Source: Candidatus Uhrbacteria bacterium (GTDB lineage: Bacteria; Patescibacteriota; Patescibacteriia; UBA9934). Taken from it: 64,000 nucleotides of DNA. Position numbers and translations under genes: made by a program. Under the pieces are notes generated by a model. It had not been told where the DNA came from, ran no database searches, and saw only the letters and a program-made list of their open reading frames with translations. The DNA lies in assembly GCA_003518105.1 (NCBI GenBank), contig DOZH01000008.1, positions 122,128 through 186,127 on the forward strand, in the 5' to 3' direction. Positions 18,952 through 28,869 of this stretch are shown here, piece by piece (within the stretch, counting starts at the first letter, position 1; the number at the start of each line of letters is the position of its first letter).

Positions 18952-21642
18952 TTAATCCGCCAAAATATTACTAGCTTTCATTTCTTCGACTCTCGAGACA
19001 TCAACCAACGGCGGGAAAGTTTCAGTCACGTAGTAATCTTCTAAACCTATCGCCTTAAAGTGAGCAATCGCACAAGCAATCTTTGCTCGCTCATCTTCGT
19101 CAAGACGAGGCTGACCCGCGTCAAAGCCCTTAGTCTCAACCACAAAGCTGTATTTAGTCGAAACTTCGTCATCTAGCGTTTTCTTCTCAATTACCAATGC
19201 CCAGTCTGGATTATAGTCACCTGCTGGCGTTTTAATTTTATACCACTCTGGCAATTTGATAAAACACCGCACTCTATTCTCATTATCTATCTCCTGACCA
19301 AACCTCTCTTCAATTCTGCTATCAAACACCACATGATCATAAACTCCGTGCTGGACCGGCAGAACGTCTTGTCTCGTCTCAAACATTTCTTTGAATTCGG
19401 ACTTATCCCAAGACTCATTCAGCGCCTCATAACTCACACAACGCACCATAGTTTGCTTAACAATCTTCTTAGCCGCAAGAGTCGCTTTCGCCAAAAAAGC
19501 TACTGGATTCTTGGCCACTTTCTTCTTATCTTTCATGCCGGCCAAAATCTGCTGCACTGCACTTTCAGACAAGGTCGACTCATCAGCAAGTTCTGAGACT
19601 AGATTAATCTTGCTAGCTGACATCCCACCAACTTCTATTGCGCTCTCACCAATATATTCACTGGCAATCGAAGTTTCTCCAGCTTTACCTACAGTAAAAT
19701 TAATTCTACCTAACTTAGTCTGTAACATTGGCTTAGGTACAGACATCTTATCCAGTTCACGGATACACTCGCTAATCAAAAGATTTTCATCAAAATGAAC
19801 AGTAAACTTAGTCTTACGCGAAATCACCTCCCATAAACGATCAAAATCACTGCTCTCAAAAACCGCTTCATTACGCTTAACCGTGGTCGCTACCTTGCGA
19901 GCGTCCACAATTTTCAAGTCTTTAGCCACATCTCCATATTCAACTGCCAATTCGGCTTGATATTGTGCCACAAAGCCCTCATAACTTTGATTAGGAATAA
20001 CCGTCAACACGTTGACCGGCAAACCTTCTTCTAGTTTTTCCGGGTCCCTTACTCGATTACCAGTCTGGTCGACACAAATACGCAAACCACGTCCAATCTC
20101 TTGGCGTTTCTGAATGGCACTTTGCGTCTCATTCAAAGTACAAATGTTAAAAATATTTGGGTTGTCCCAACCTACACCCAATGCCGAGTGCGAAAAAATA
20201 AACTCTAAAGGCTCAGCAAAACTAAGCAATCGCTCCTTATCACGCATGATCAAATCGAACACTTCGGCATTCTTACTCATAGCTGACTCACTATCCGTCC
20301 ACTCACCCTTACCAGTCTTGGCGAAATAACCATTGTGAACTGTAGTTGTATTCATTGGGTACACTCCGTATTTCTTTTTATACTCATCACTATAAGCCTC
20401 AACAAATAAACGCCTAATCAAACCATTCTCATCCTGGTAATTAGCGACCCGATCAATAAAGAACAATGATAGAACTTTGATTCCTTGCTCTTGCAATTTT
20501 TCCTTCTTTTTAAAGTGCTGAACTACCGTCAAGCGAATCTGTTCTCTAAACACTGCCTCTTTATCCTCCCCGCGGCTGGCGCCCATCTTGAGTTCTTCAC
20601 CATTGGTAAAACGAACTCGAGCTATTTCGTCATTCATGTCTTTCCAAATTCTCTCCACTACCCAACCATCATAAACCAAATTATTGGTCTTTACCGCCAA
20701 ATCCGTATCCTTACCTACTTTAATATTTTTCAACTTAAACTCTCCTCCCGCTAATCTCACCATTACCTCGAGCGTAGCAGCTGGTTGCTTGCCAGCTACA
20801 AAATCAACACTCTTGATCGCAATATTCGCCGAGCTCTCCGTATTCTGCTCATGTACGGATAATACCTCAACCTGCTTAACCAATTTCTTACTATACGCAT
20901 CAAACGGCGTCAGTTGATAAATCAAATTCTTAAGCACTTTATGCGTTGCCGAATAGCGTAACTTCAATATCGGCTTCAAGCCGTTCGCAATCTGCTCAGT
21001 CGCCTTGTCAGTGTCCATGCCCTTCTGGGGTTCATCGAGAATAATCACAGGCTGCACCTGTCCGATCAAATCGATTAGCCGTTCACCACCGTTGCTGTCT
21101 CGCAACTGATTGATAATCTTGTTCTCTCCCACAAAAGCCTGGGTATTCATGACCATGATCTGCAAATCACCCGACTGGGCATAACCGCGAACCATCGCCG
21201 GCTTCTTACTGTCATAAGCGAAAGCCCGGTAATTTACCCCATACAACGCTTTAAAATGCTCGCTAGCGCTCCGTAAGGTGGATAACACACCTTCCTTAAT
21301 AGCAATAGACGGCACGAGGATAATAAACTTGGACAAACCGTAAACTTTGTTCAGCTCAAAAATGGTTCGCAAATAAACATAAGTCTTACCAGTACCAGTC
21401 TCCATCTCGATTGAAAAATCCATGTCAGTCATGGCCTTAACCTCAATAATCCCGTTATTCTCAGCAATCCTATCCCTATTAGCCCAAATCTCCTCATCAC
21501 TAAGCCCAACCTTGTTGGCACAAACGCCTTCGAACAATCTCTCCTCAGGCCTAATATACGGCGCACCAGCAAATAGCCCCGTCACCGCCGCAATGGCATC
21601 GAGTTGGTACTGGAGGTTGGGTTCAAAGTGGAGTTTCAGCAT
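18952..21642 (-). CDS. res: Type III restriction endonuclease subunit
   Basis: METGTGKT, IILDEPQ, LRYSATH, QEIGRGLR and C-terminal YNPDW...VVETK nuclease motif. Confidence 0.95.
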   Translation of the reverse strand: MLKLHFEPNLQYQLDAIAAVTGLFAGAPYIRPEERLFEGVCANKVGLSDEEIWANRDRIAENNGIIEVKAMTDMDFSIEMETGTGKTYVYLRTIFELNKVYGLSKFIILVPSIAIKEGVLSTLRSASEHFKALYGVNYRAFAYDSKKPAMVRGYAQSGDLQIMVMNTQAFVGENKIINQLRDSNGGERLIDLIGQVQPVIILDEPQKGMDTDKATEQIANGLKPILKLRYSATHKVLKNLIYQLTPFDAYSKKLVKQVEVLSVHEQNTESSANIAIKSVDFVAGKQPAATLEVMVRLAGGEFKLKNIKVGKDTDLAVKTNNLVYDGWVVERIWKDMNDEIARVRFTNGEELKMGASRGEDKEAVFREQIRLTVVQHFKKKEKLQEQGIKVLSLFFIDRVANYQDENGLIRRLFVEAYSDEYKKKYGVYPMNTTTVHNGYFAKTGKGEWTDSESAMSKNAEVFDLIMRDKERLLSFAEPLEFIFSHSALGVGWDNPNIFNICTLNETQSAIQKRQEIGRGLRICVDQTGNRVRDPEKLEEGLPVNVLTVIPNQSYEGFVAQYQAELAVEYGDVAKDLKIVDARKVATTVKRNEAVFESSDFDRLWEVISRKTKFTVHFDENLLISECIRELDKMSVPKPMLQTKLGRINFTVGKAGETSIASEYIGESAIEVGGMSASKINLVSELADESTLSESAVQQILAGMKDKKKVAKNPVAFLAKATLAAKKIVKQTMVRCVSYEALNESWDKSEFKEMFETRQDVLPVQHGVYDHVVFDSRIEERFGQEIDNENRVRCFIKLPEWYKIKTPAGDYNPDWALVIEKKTLDDEVSTKYSFVVETKGFDAGQPRLDEDERAKIACAIAHFKAIGLEDYYVTETFPPLVDVSRVEEMKASNILAD

Positions 21643-21705
21643 AGGTAGGAGGTTACTGCGAGGTATTCTAGCACATATTCAAGCAACTAGGCTGTGTAAG
21701 ATTAA

Positions 21706-22455
21706 TTAGATGAATATTTTTTTATTAAACAAATGATTCAGTATTTTTACCCCCTGGTCATATGGAATATGCGGGATCATTATTCTCCCCTCCTTAGTTA
21801 TAACAGTCTCACCAAATACTTCATCTGTGTTTTTGTTAGTAATATTATATATAAATACCCACCCACCAATCACTAATACATAGCCAATATTTTGATACTT
21901 CACCCCCGCTGACGGGACTCTGATTTCTCTCGGCTCACCAACAATCTCGCTCGGTAGATTTTGGTTATGGTAGCGGGAGAGCATGCATGGAAAGCTACCC
22001 AATTCACCGGCATTACCAGAATTGAGCATCTCTCTAATCGCCTCTTCATATTTGCCAAGCTTCACTTTAGCGAAAAAAGGTAAATTTGAAATACTTGCTC
22101 TCCATAATAATGAGAGACAAAAGAGCTTAAATTTTGTATAATCTAACCCGTTGATCACCGTATATTCTAACCCATCCTCCTTCCGAAAATAATTAACTTG
22201 AACCGGAGGAATTACTTCGTCGCAAAAGACAGTTTTCGCATAAGTTTCATATTGGTTAATGACTTCATTATCGCATTTTGCACAAAGTATATCGGCCTCA
22301 TGTAAACCACTTTGAACGAATTTTGACCTATAGTTCTGTAATGATAAATTAACAAGTCGATGCTTGTCATCGTACATTTGTGTATATAAAAAATCTGACC
22401 AAATGTGAGACTTTTTTAAGAGCACGGTCTCTTTTAAACATAATCGACATTGCAT
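21706..22455 (-). CDS. Putative HNH-like zinc-binding nuclease
   Basis: CRLC...KKSHI...LCAKCDN pattern. Confidence 0.55.
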   Translation of the reverse strand: MQCRLCLKETVLLKKSHIWSDFLYTQMYDDKHRLVNLSLQNYRSKFVQSGLHEADILCAKCDNEVINQYETYAKTVFCDEVIPPVQVNYFRKEDGLEYTVINGLDYTKFKLFCLSLLWRASISNLPFFAKVKLGKYEEAIREMLNSGNAGELGSFPCMLSRYHNQNLPSEIVGEPREIRVPSAGVKYQNIGYVLVIGGWVFIYNITNKNTDEVFGETVITKEGRIMIPHIPYDQGVKILNHLFNKKIFI

Positions 22456-22470
22456 AATGCGACGCCTTAT

Positions 22471-23415
22471 TTAAAGACTTTGCTCGACCTCTTTAACATG
22501 CCTGGCAAAAACTCGTTTAAACGATGAAATATTCTTCAATAACCAATTGAAATAATCGATACGTCTATCCAAATCCTCCATAGAAAACTCATGGGAGATG
22601 ATAACCCTGGCAGCCTTAGCATGCTCGAGTCTTTGCCAATCTAGCTCCATGCCGATTTCCTTTTCTATCGCTGTTTTACGCTCTAACAAACCATCAAATA
22701 GTGGCTTATTATTAGAAATAAAAAGCTCGCAACTCATGATCTTTTTCTGCGAGCGAATAACCATCGTCACATGGGCCTTACTACTACCAATAGATACGTC
22801 CATATACGCCTGCGCGCGAGGTGACTGGAAGCGTATATCCTTATAATGCTCAACACCATACTCATGCAAAGCCGTCCAAAACTCAAGTTGACGAAGATTA
22901 CCTTCGCTTGGTTCACCTCTCCCAGAAGCATTCTTAATTGTCTTTGCCCATTCATTTGGACGACAAATAACATCAAATTTTGGTGCTGGCTTAGAGTCAC
23001 CAATTTGCCAAAGCTCGAGCTTTACAGCAAAAAAGTTCACTTCATCAGTAGTATGTTCATTAAGCCAGTCAATTGCTTGACGATGTTCCTCTCTAACCTC
23101 CTTAAAGATCCAAATTATATATCCTGCCCCATGTCCTGAGGCATACGTAATAAGCTTGCCAAGATGATCGTGGTCGGTGGTTTCAAGTTGATTTTCAATA
23201 ATAGCCTTGATGCCTGTTCCCTCTTCTTCTACAAGAATATCAACGTTAAAGTCACCTACGTTAGCCTCTGTTTGAATCAATAAAAGATCTAGTCCTAGCT
23301 CTTCTCCTAAAGCAGCTAGGTTGTCGGTCTCGGCTAGCCATCTTGTGAACTCTGGTTCAAATGGCCATACCCTCCGTAAATCAGTTTTAATAATATTTCC
23401 AAGATCAATTGTCAT
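22471..23415 (-). CDS. DUF4268 domain protein with N-terminal NucS-like PD-(D/E)XK domain
   Basis: VDIL...IIENQLE..DHDHLGKLITYA; C-terminal FW...IEKEIG.ELDWQRL. Confidence 0.82.
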   Translation of the reverse strand: MTIDLGNIIKTDLRRVWPFEPEFTRWLAETDNLAALGEELGLDLLLIQTEANVGDFNVDILVEEEGTGIKAIIENQLETTDHDHLGKLITYASGHGAGYIIWIFKEVREEHRQAIDWLNEHTTDEVNFFAVKLELWQIGDSKPAPKFDVICRPNEWAKTIKNASGRGEPSEGNLRQLEFWTALHEYGVEHYKDIRFQSPRAQAYMDVSIGSSKAHVTMVIRSQKKIMSCELFISNNKPLFDGLLERKTAIEKEIGMELDWQRLEHAKAARVIISHEFSMEDLDRRIDYFNWLLKNISSFKRVFARHVKEVEQSL

Positions 23416-23425
23416 ATATAGAAAT

Positions 23426-23776
23426 TTATAATTCAGTATATTTAACCGCACTCCCCTTACTCTTCTCCACCGGATACTTCTCCCCATTCTTCACCAGCTT
23501 ACGCTCAAACGCCTGGCCGATGTCGATGCCGAGGTCGTGGGACATTAAGAGGACCCAGTACAGAACGTCGGCGAGTTCGTCGGCTACGTCTGACTGGTGG
23601 GTAATGAGATACTCGGTTAGAGCCTCGCCATTACGCCATTGGAAGTGTTCCAGTACCTCTGTCGCCTCCAGCTGGAGCGAGATGGCGCAATCCTTGGGAT
23701 TATGGAACTGCGCCCAGTTGCGAGCGTCACGGAACTTCACTACTTGGTCAGTCAGGTTGGCGATGGAGTCGGACAT
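23426..23776 (-). CDS. MazG-like nucleotide pyrophosphohydrolase
   Basis: FRDARNWAQFHNPKD, EATEVLEHFQW, ELADV and KYP motifs. Confidence 0.9.
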   Translation of the reverse strand: MSDSIANLTDQVVKFRDARNWAQFHNPKDCAISLQLEATEVLEHFQWRNGEALTEYLITHQSDVADELADVLYWVLLMSHDLGIDIGQAFERKLVKNGEKYPVEKSKGSAVKYTEL

Positions 23777-23803
23777 ATTATAGTTTACTAACTTTTTAGT
23801 ACT

Positions 23804-24820
23804 TTAGCCCACCTTATGCTCAACTATTCTCTGAACCTCCTTAATACTCTCTAAATACGCCTCCTCTACGGGCGAAAGTGTCTTAGCTTGATACTTACGG
23901 TATTCACTCGTCGCTTTGTCTACAGCTCGTTCGTGACTAATGGAGCCAGCGTCTTTCAGTGCACCTTTACCAAAATTCTCAGCAAATTTGTCTAGCTCGG
24001 CAATCCAGTCTACCATCCGCATTTTTTCATGTTCCTGTGCCTTAATTTCTGCTAAATCAAAGAAGGCGGAGACTAAACGGTTTAAACGAAAAAGTTCATC
24101 TTTAGTTAAATAATTTTTCGCAATTCTCACCTCCGCCAGCACCGGCATGGCCCCAGCAAAAGTCGTTAGGCCCATAAAATCCTTGGCAGCATCTGCACGT
24201 TCGTGAATAGTTTCGGCAGCCGTGTGTTGATTAGTTGCGTAGTGCAATTTATTTTGTACAACTTTAAAAAACGCTACCGACTCAGAACTCTGCGGGTTAT
24301 AATCTATGCTCGTAGCGTATAAATCGAGCACCTGACGGTAGAGGGCCTTCTCGCTCGAACGAATATCCCGAATACGCTCAAGCAGCTCTTTCCAATATTG
24401 TCCGCCACCATTGCCCTTGAGCCGTTCGTCGTCCATGGTGAAGCCCTTCACAATATACTCTCGCAAACGTGCCGTGGCCCACATGCGGAATTGTGTGCCT
24501 TGAACAGATTTTACGCGGTAGCCAACGGAGATAATAACGTCCAGGTTGTAAAGTTTGACCTCTGATGTCTGGGTTTTCCCCTCAATTGCACCGTGTTTAG
24601 TGGTTCGTCGGGAATTCCGACATACCACTTTTTCATCTAGTTCTTCTTCTTTAAAGATGTTTAAGATATGTTCGGCGACCGTGGATCGTCCTTTGTCAAA
24701 AAGTTCAGCCATCTGGTCTTGAGTAAGCCACACCGTCTCATTTTCAAGTCGTACCTCAAGCCTTGGGGCGCCGTTACCCCCTTCGTAGATAATTATTTCG
24801 TTGTTAGGTTTATTGACCAT
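23804..24820 (-). CDS. Virulence RhuM family protein (full length)
   Basis: VWLTQDQMAELF, YNLDVIISVGYRV, RIRDIRSSE and AKNYL motifs. Confidence 0.9.
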   Translation of the reverse strand: MVNKPNNEIIIYEGGNGAPRLEVRLENETVWLTQDQMAELFDKGRSTVAEHILNIFKEEELDEKVVCRNSRRTTKHGAIEGKTQTSEVKLYNLDVIISVGYRVKSVQGTQFRMWATARLREYIVKGFTMDDERLKGNGGGQYWKELLERIRDIRSSEKALYRQVLDLYATSIDYNPQSSESVAFFKVVQNKLHYATNQHTAAETIHERADAAKDFMGLTTFAGAMPVLAEVRIAKNYLTKDELFRLNRLVSAFFDLAEIKAQEHEKMRMVDWIAELDKFAENFGKGALKDAGSISHERAVDKATSEYRKYQAKTLSPVEEAYLESIKEVQRIVEHKVG

Positions 24821-24824
24821 ATCA

Positions 24825-25649
24825 TTATTTTACGAGCTTCTTACCGGTAGACTTCACCTGTCGCTCCACCTTTTTCAAGTCTTCCTCTGCTGGTAAATTC
24901 TCCGGCTGAATGCCACTTTTCAGCAGTACCTCGCGGACGTTCTGATTATTCTTGATATGCTCCTCGGCTATTGGTTGCTCACCATATAACGCTCGTTCTT
25001 TCTTCACATTAAAACTAGTAATCTCGTTCGCCAAATCTTTCGCCTTAATCGTTACCGCTGGCAAAAAGTCGGCCAATGGACGTTTAGCGGGAATACCGAG
25101 CTTAGCCTTCATCTCTTGAGTACTATGACCACCAAATAATACATTATCGCCTTTGCTCTTAATTCGCGCTAAGCCAATATTATCAACCCCACGCTCAAAC
25201 AAAACGCCGGACAACTCTCTATCAGATTCGGTGAGCTTGTTACGAGCCTGTAATCGCTCCAAATCCGCCAAACGCTTGACGATGAGCTCCTGATTCCTCG
25301 TTTGTACCGCAAAGTAAGTCTGAGCAAAAGCAATCTCGTCTTTGCGAGGATCGCCATTCTGAGCAATGAGATAGCAAGCGTAACGGGTAAGCATAATATC
25401 TGCTACTTCCCGAGTTCCGCCATTCGGCATTGGGGATGATTTCGTGACGTCACGAAAATGATCATTCATTGGCTGTTTTGCCGTCTCACAAGCAATCCTC
25501 GCCTTTTTCAAGGCATTTTCGAAGTTCTCCCAACGTCCATAACCAAGCAAAGTCTGTAACTCACGCGCATACCAAAACTCAACCCCGTTCTCTTCGTGCA
25601 CACAATCCTCAAAATTCTTATGTAATGCAGTGATAACTTGGGGCTCCAT
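24825..25649 (-). CDS. dinD: DNA damage-inducible protein D (BRO-N-like)
   Basis: EFWYARELQ..LGY, LTRYACYLIAQNGDPRK and AQTYFAVQTR motifs. Confidence 0.88.
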   Translation of the reverse strand: MEPQVITALHKNFEDCVHEENGVEFWYARELQTLLGYGRWENFENALKKARIACETAKQPMNDHFRDVTKSSPMPNGGTREVADIMLTRYACYLIAQNGDPRKDEIAFAQTYFAVQTRNQELIVKRLADLERLQARNKLTESDRELSGVLFERGVDNIGLARIKSKGDNVLFGGHSTQEMKAKLGIPAKRPLADFLPAVTIKAKDLANEITSFNVKKERALYGEQPIAEEHIKNNQNVREVLLKSGIQPENLPAEEDLKKVERQVKSTGKKLVK

Positions 25650-25686
25650 ATTTGGTATAGTTAGATGAACCTCAATCTTACCACGT

Positions 25687-27273
25687 CTATCTCTGTCTAC
25701 TTGTTACAGCTGTGACTAACTTCGGCAACCTCACCATCTCCTTCTCCCCATCTTGCGCCAACTTCGCATGAAGTCCCTCCCAGTCAAAAAACGGTAAAAC
25801 GAAAATCATATACCCCAAGCCAATCGGGTGATTCAGGTACGGCGAGAAGACGTGGGTGATGAAGAGCGCGACCACGCCAGCGTAGAGGCCAATAGTCAGC
25901 CAGCGGTGGCCGTGGTTGTGGTAGGTGAAGTAGAAGGCGCGGCTGACGACCACGAGGTACCAGACGAAGGCGATGAGGCCGAGCAAGCCCATCTTGAGCC
26001 AAATGTCCTGATAGCCCCATTCAAAGCGATAGGTGGTGTACTCGCCAGTTGGGTTAGTGGCGCGGATGCGAGGGTCGTCCGTAATGAAGGTGACGTTGTG
26101 ACCAAAGCCGCGGCCGAGCATCGGACTCGCCACAATCTCCTGGTACATCGGGTAAAGCAAGTTCCAGCGGCTACTGACGGCTAACTCGCGGTCGTCGGTC
26201 TTGGTAGTCTTATAGAAAGCTGCCTCCTTAAAGTTGGGATGCGGAGGAATTGGGCTGACAATTACGGCCCAGAACAAGACAGCTCCCAAGGTCATAACTA
26301 GGCCGACCCGACCGGCGTTCAAAATATGCTTGCCGATGGTTTTCGGCGCATCAAGTAGCACAAACAAGGCCACAATGCCAGCTCCAGCTAAGGCACCTAG
26401 GACAAAGCTGCGGGACAAGCTGACGACGAAAGCGGCGGTACAGAGAATTAGGGTCACCTTGGCGGCCAGCGGCATGCGTTCGCTCTTCCACACCGTAAAC
26501 TTAGCGGCGACCAGGGCGAAGATCATGACCATCGGGAAGAAATGCGCTGGTTGGAACACGCGGAAGTACCACGGGCTAGTATTCGACAAGAAGTTACCCA
26601 CAAACCAGCTTGGTCCAGTTAGCAAGGTAACTTCAGCAATGCGGGCGTCACGCACAAATTCGTAGACACTAGTAAGTACGCCCCCTGGAAGATGAGTAAA
26701 GAGAAACAAGATGAAGAGGGTGTTAACGCAAATAAAGATAGTGCTGGCAAAGAAAACCTGGAGCAGTTCTCGTTTTTTATTGCTGTCCCAAACAATCGAC
26801 AACATTGGCAAGAGATAAGCGATGGTGACGTAGCTGTTAGCGTCGTCGAAAACCTGAGCCACATTATTCTGCAGGAAGCCGATGGCGGTACCAAGAACAA
26901 CGGCCACGAGGAGCAGCAACCACGGCGTATCGCGGAGTACCATGAACTTCGGCCACGTCTTCGTCTTAAGCGAAGTCACAAGCCAAGCCAACATGACAGC
27001 AGCGAAGATGACCATTCTGATGGACAAGCTGAAACCGCCGACACTGGCGTCGATGAGGTGACCGTGTCCTCCCACCATAATCTCCGCAAAAGCAATCAAC
27101 AGCCCATTTATCGGATTCTTGTACGCCATGACGGCCGTCACCACAAAGATGAGGCCGAGGACGATCAGCGATGGGATTTGCTGATGTTGGACGGGAATGG
27201 CGACGAGGGTCGTCAAGGTCAACGCTGCTAAGGCTATCCAGGAAGTCTTACCTACAAATTGCTTGCTAAACAT
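25687..27273 (-). CDS. O-antigen ligase/polymerase-family membrane protein
   Basis: About 12 TM segments; SLSRS and R..L...P.LG.GFG motifs; lies in a glycosyltransferase cluster. Confidence 0.75.
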   Translation of the reverse strand: MFSKQFVGKTSWIALAALTLTTLVAIPVQHQQIPSLIVLGLIFVVTAVMAYKNPINGLLIAFAEIMVGGHGHLIDASVGGFSLSIRMVIFAAVMLAWLVTSLKTKTWPKFMVLRDTPWLLLLVAVVLGTAIGFLQNNVAQVFDDANSYVTIAYLLPMLSIVWDSNKKRELLQVFFASTIFICVNTLFILFLFTHLPGGVLTSVYEFVRDARIAEVTLLTGPSWFVGNFLSNTSPWYFRVFQPAHFFPMVMIFALVAAKFTVWKSERMPLAAKVTLILCTAAFVVSLSRSFVLGALAGAGIVALFVLLDAPKTIGKHILNAGRVGLVMTLGAVLFWAVIVSPIPPHPNFKEAAFYKTTKTDDRELAVSSRWNLLYPMYQEIVASPMLGRGFGHNVTFITDDPRIRATNPTGEYTTYRFEWGYQDIWLKMGLLGLIAFVWYLVVVSRAFYFTYHNHGHRWLTIGLYAGVVALFITHVFSPYLNHPIGLGYMIFVLPFFDWEGLHAKLAQDGEKEMVRLPKLVTAVTSRQR

Positions 27274-27282
27274 AATATTAGG

Positions 27283-28158
27283 CTAACCTCGTTTAATTAC
27301 TGCGGCACCGTACGCTAGAACGATGAACACCGGGGCGAGAATCCATAACACCAGCGCCGCGCCAACACCGTGATGCTTGGCAAAATACTTGCGCATACTC
27401 TCCCGCACCCACTTCTGCTTTCTGATAGTCGCTAATTGGTCGAACGTATGCCCCTTGTGGTGGACGATTTCTACATCGGCGTAATGGCGAGTGATAAAGC
27501 CGGCATCATGAGCCATCTTGCAATAGTCCACCTCCTCGAACCAAATGAAGTAACGCTCGTCAAACAGGCCAATGGCGTCGATAACACTCCGACGTATCAT
27601 CATGAACGCGCCCATGATCGAGTCCACATCTTGCGTCTGCAAAGGGTCGACGTCCCGCATCATGTAGTCATCAATACTCCGTACCCGACGCACAAAATGC
27701 GGCACCTTGAGCATGATAAGCAGCTGGTCGATTAGCTTAGGGAAACGACGAATGCTGTCCTGCAGTTCACCATTCGGATAACGGATGATGCAACTGCCAA
27801 TCCCCACCTCAGTATCCCTGTCCATATGCGCAACCATCTTAGCGATGGCGTCAGGCGGCACGACAGTATCGGGATTCAAGAGGAGGACGTAGCGCCCGGT
27901 GGCCAACTTCATTCCTTGATTCACCGCCGCCGCGAACCCTCGGTTCATTTCGTTCGACCTATAGGTTGCATCGGTCAAATATTCTTTAACGAGTTTTTCT
28001 GTAGCTGCATTCCCCGCGTTATCAACCACGATGATCTCGTCCCGGACGAGGCTTGTCCCGGACGAGGCTTGTCCGGGACGTGTCAATGATTTCAAACACG
28101 CCGTCAAAACCGCCGGAGCTTCTTTATAAGTCAGAATTACTATCGAGACGTCGGTCAT
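27283..28158 (-). CDS. GT2 glycosyltransferase (WbbL-like)
   Basis: IIVVDNA, NRGFAAAVN, LLLNPD and FDERYFIWFEEVD motifs. Confidence 0.92.
   Translation of the reverse strand: MTDVSIVILTYKEAPAVLTACLKSLTRPGQASSGTSLVRDEIIVVDNAGNAATEKLVKEYLTDATYRSNEMNRGFAAAVNQGMKLATGRYVLLLNPDTVVPPDAIAKMVAHMDRDTEVGIGSCIIRYPNGELQDSIRRFPKLIDQLLIMLKVPHFVRRVRSIDDYMMRDVDPLQTQDVDSIMGAFMMIRRSVIDAIGLFDERYFIWFEEVDYCKMAHDAGFITRHYADVEIVHHKGHTFDQLATIRKQKWVRESMRKYFAKHHGVGAALVLWILAPVFIVLAYGAAVIKRG
28038..28080. repeat. Intragenic tandem and inverted repeat
   Basis: GTCCCGGACGAGGCTT x2 (28039-28070); the termini CGTCCCGGAC and GTCCGGGACG are reverse complements. Confidence 0.8.
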
Positions 28159-28868
28159 ACAAGATGATGTTTTTTAACAATTATCTGTCGTGCCGCTTCA
28201 TACTTACTGACACGGGCCGGCTTCCACGGCAACCAACGCCATGGTAGTTGGTACACGAACGATGGCAGCCAACTCGAGCCGATGCGTGATGGCCCGTCGA
28301 TGGTGACGTCGAACCACACGCCGGGTACTAATATGCCCTCAAAGCCACGTTCTAGCATGGTGAGCCACACGTCCCAGTCCTGAAAGCGTTTAATAGTCTC
28401 GTCAAAGCCCGGAAATATACTGTGTTTTACCAAACAAGTAGTATGCACAAAGTTGACCCGCTTTAAACGACTAGCGCTAAACGGCAGGCCACGGAAGACC
28501 TTCCAACCAAAACGGAAACCGGTGTAAGCGTAACCAACATTTTTTGGCGCTGACTCGAGCGCGGCAAAACATTTGGTGAGCATGCCTTTTTTAAGGACGA
28601 CGTCCGCGTCCGCAAACATGAGGTACTTACCGGTCGCCGCATAGAGTCCTCGATTTCTGGCCGGATTAGAGCCTTTGTTCTCCTGGTGGATGACCGTCAC
28701 TCTATCCTCATATTTTTTGAGCACCTCAGCCGTGTTATCCGTACTCCCATCGTCGACCACAATCACCTCAATGCCGACTCCCGCTTGCGCCAAAATAGAA
28801 TCCAAGCAAGCTGGCAAAGTTGCCGCATGCTGGTAGGTTGGCACAATGACGGAAATGAGTGGCTTCAT
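28155..28868 (-). CDS. GT2 glycosyltransferase
   Basis: ISVIVPTY, VVDDGSTD, ARNRG, FADAD and QDWD motifs. Confidence 0.92.
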   Translation of the reverse strand: MKPLISVIVPTYQHAATLPACLDSILAQAGVGIEVIVVDDGSTDNTAEVLKKYEDRVTVIHQENKGSNPARNRGLYAATGKYLMFADADVVLKKGMLTKCFAALESAPKNVGYAYTGFRFGWKVFRGLPFSASRLKRVNFVHTTCLVKHSIFPGFDETIKRFQDWDVWLTMLERGFEGILVPGVWFDVTIDGPSRIGSSWLPSFVYQLPWRWLPWKPARVSKYEAARQIIVKKHHLV

Positions 28869-28869
28869 A

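Noticed and set aside
11453-25649. Prophage or integrative element call for the defence island
   Set aside because: No integrase, transposase, phage structural genes or flanking att repeats were found.
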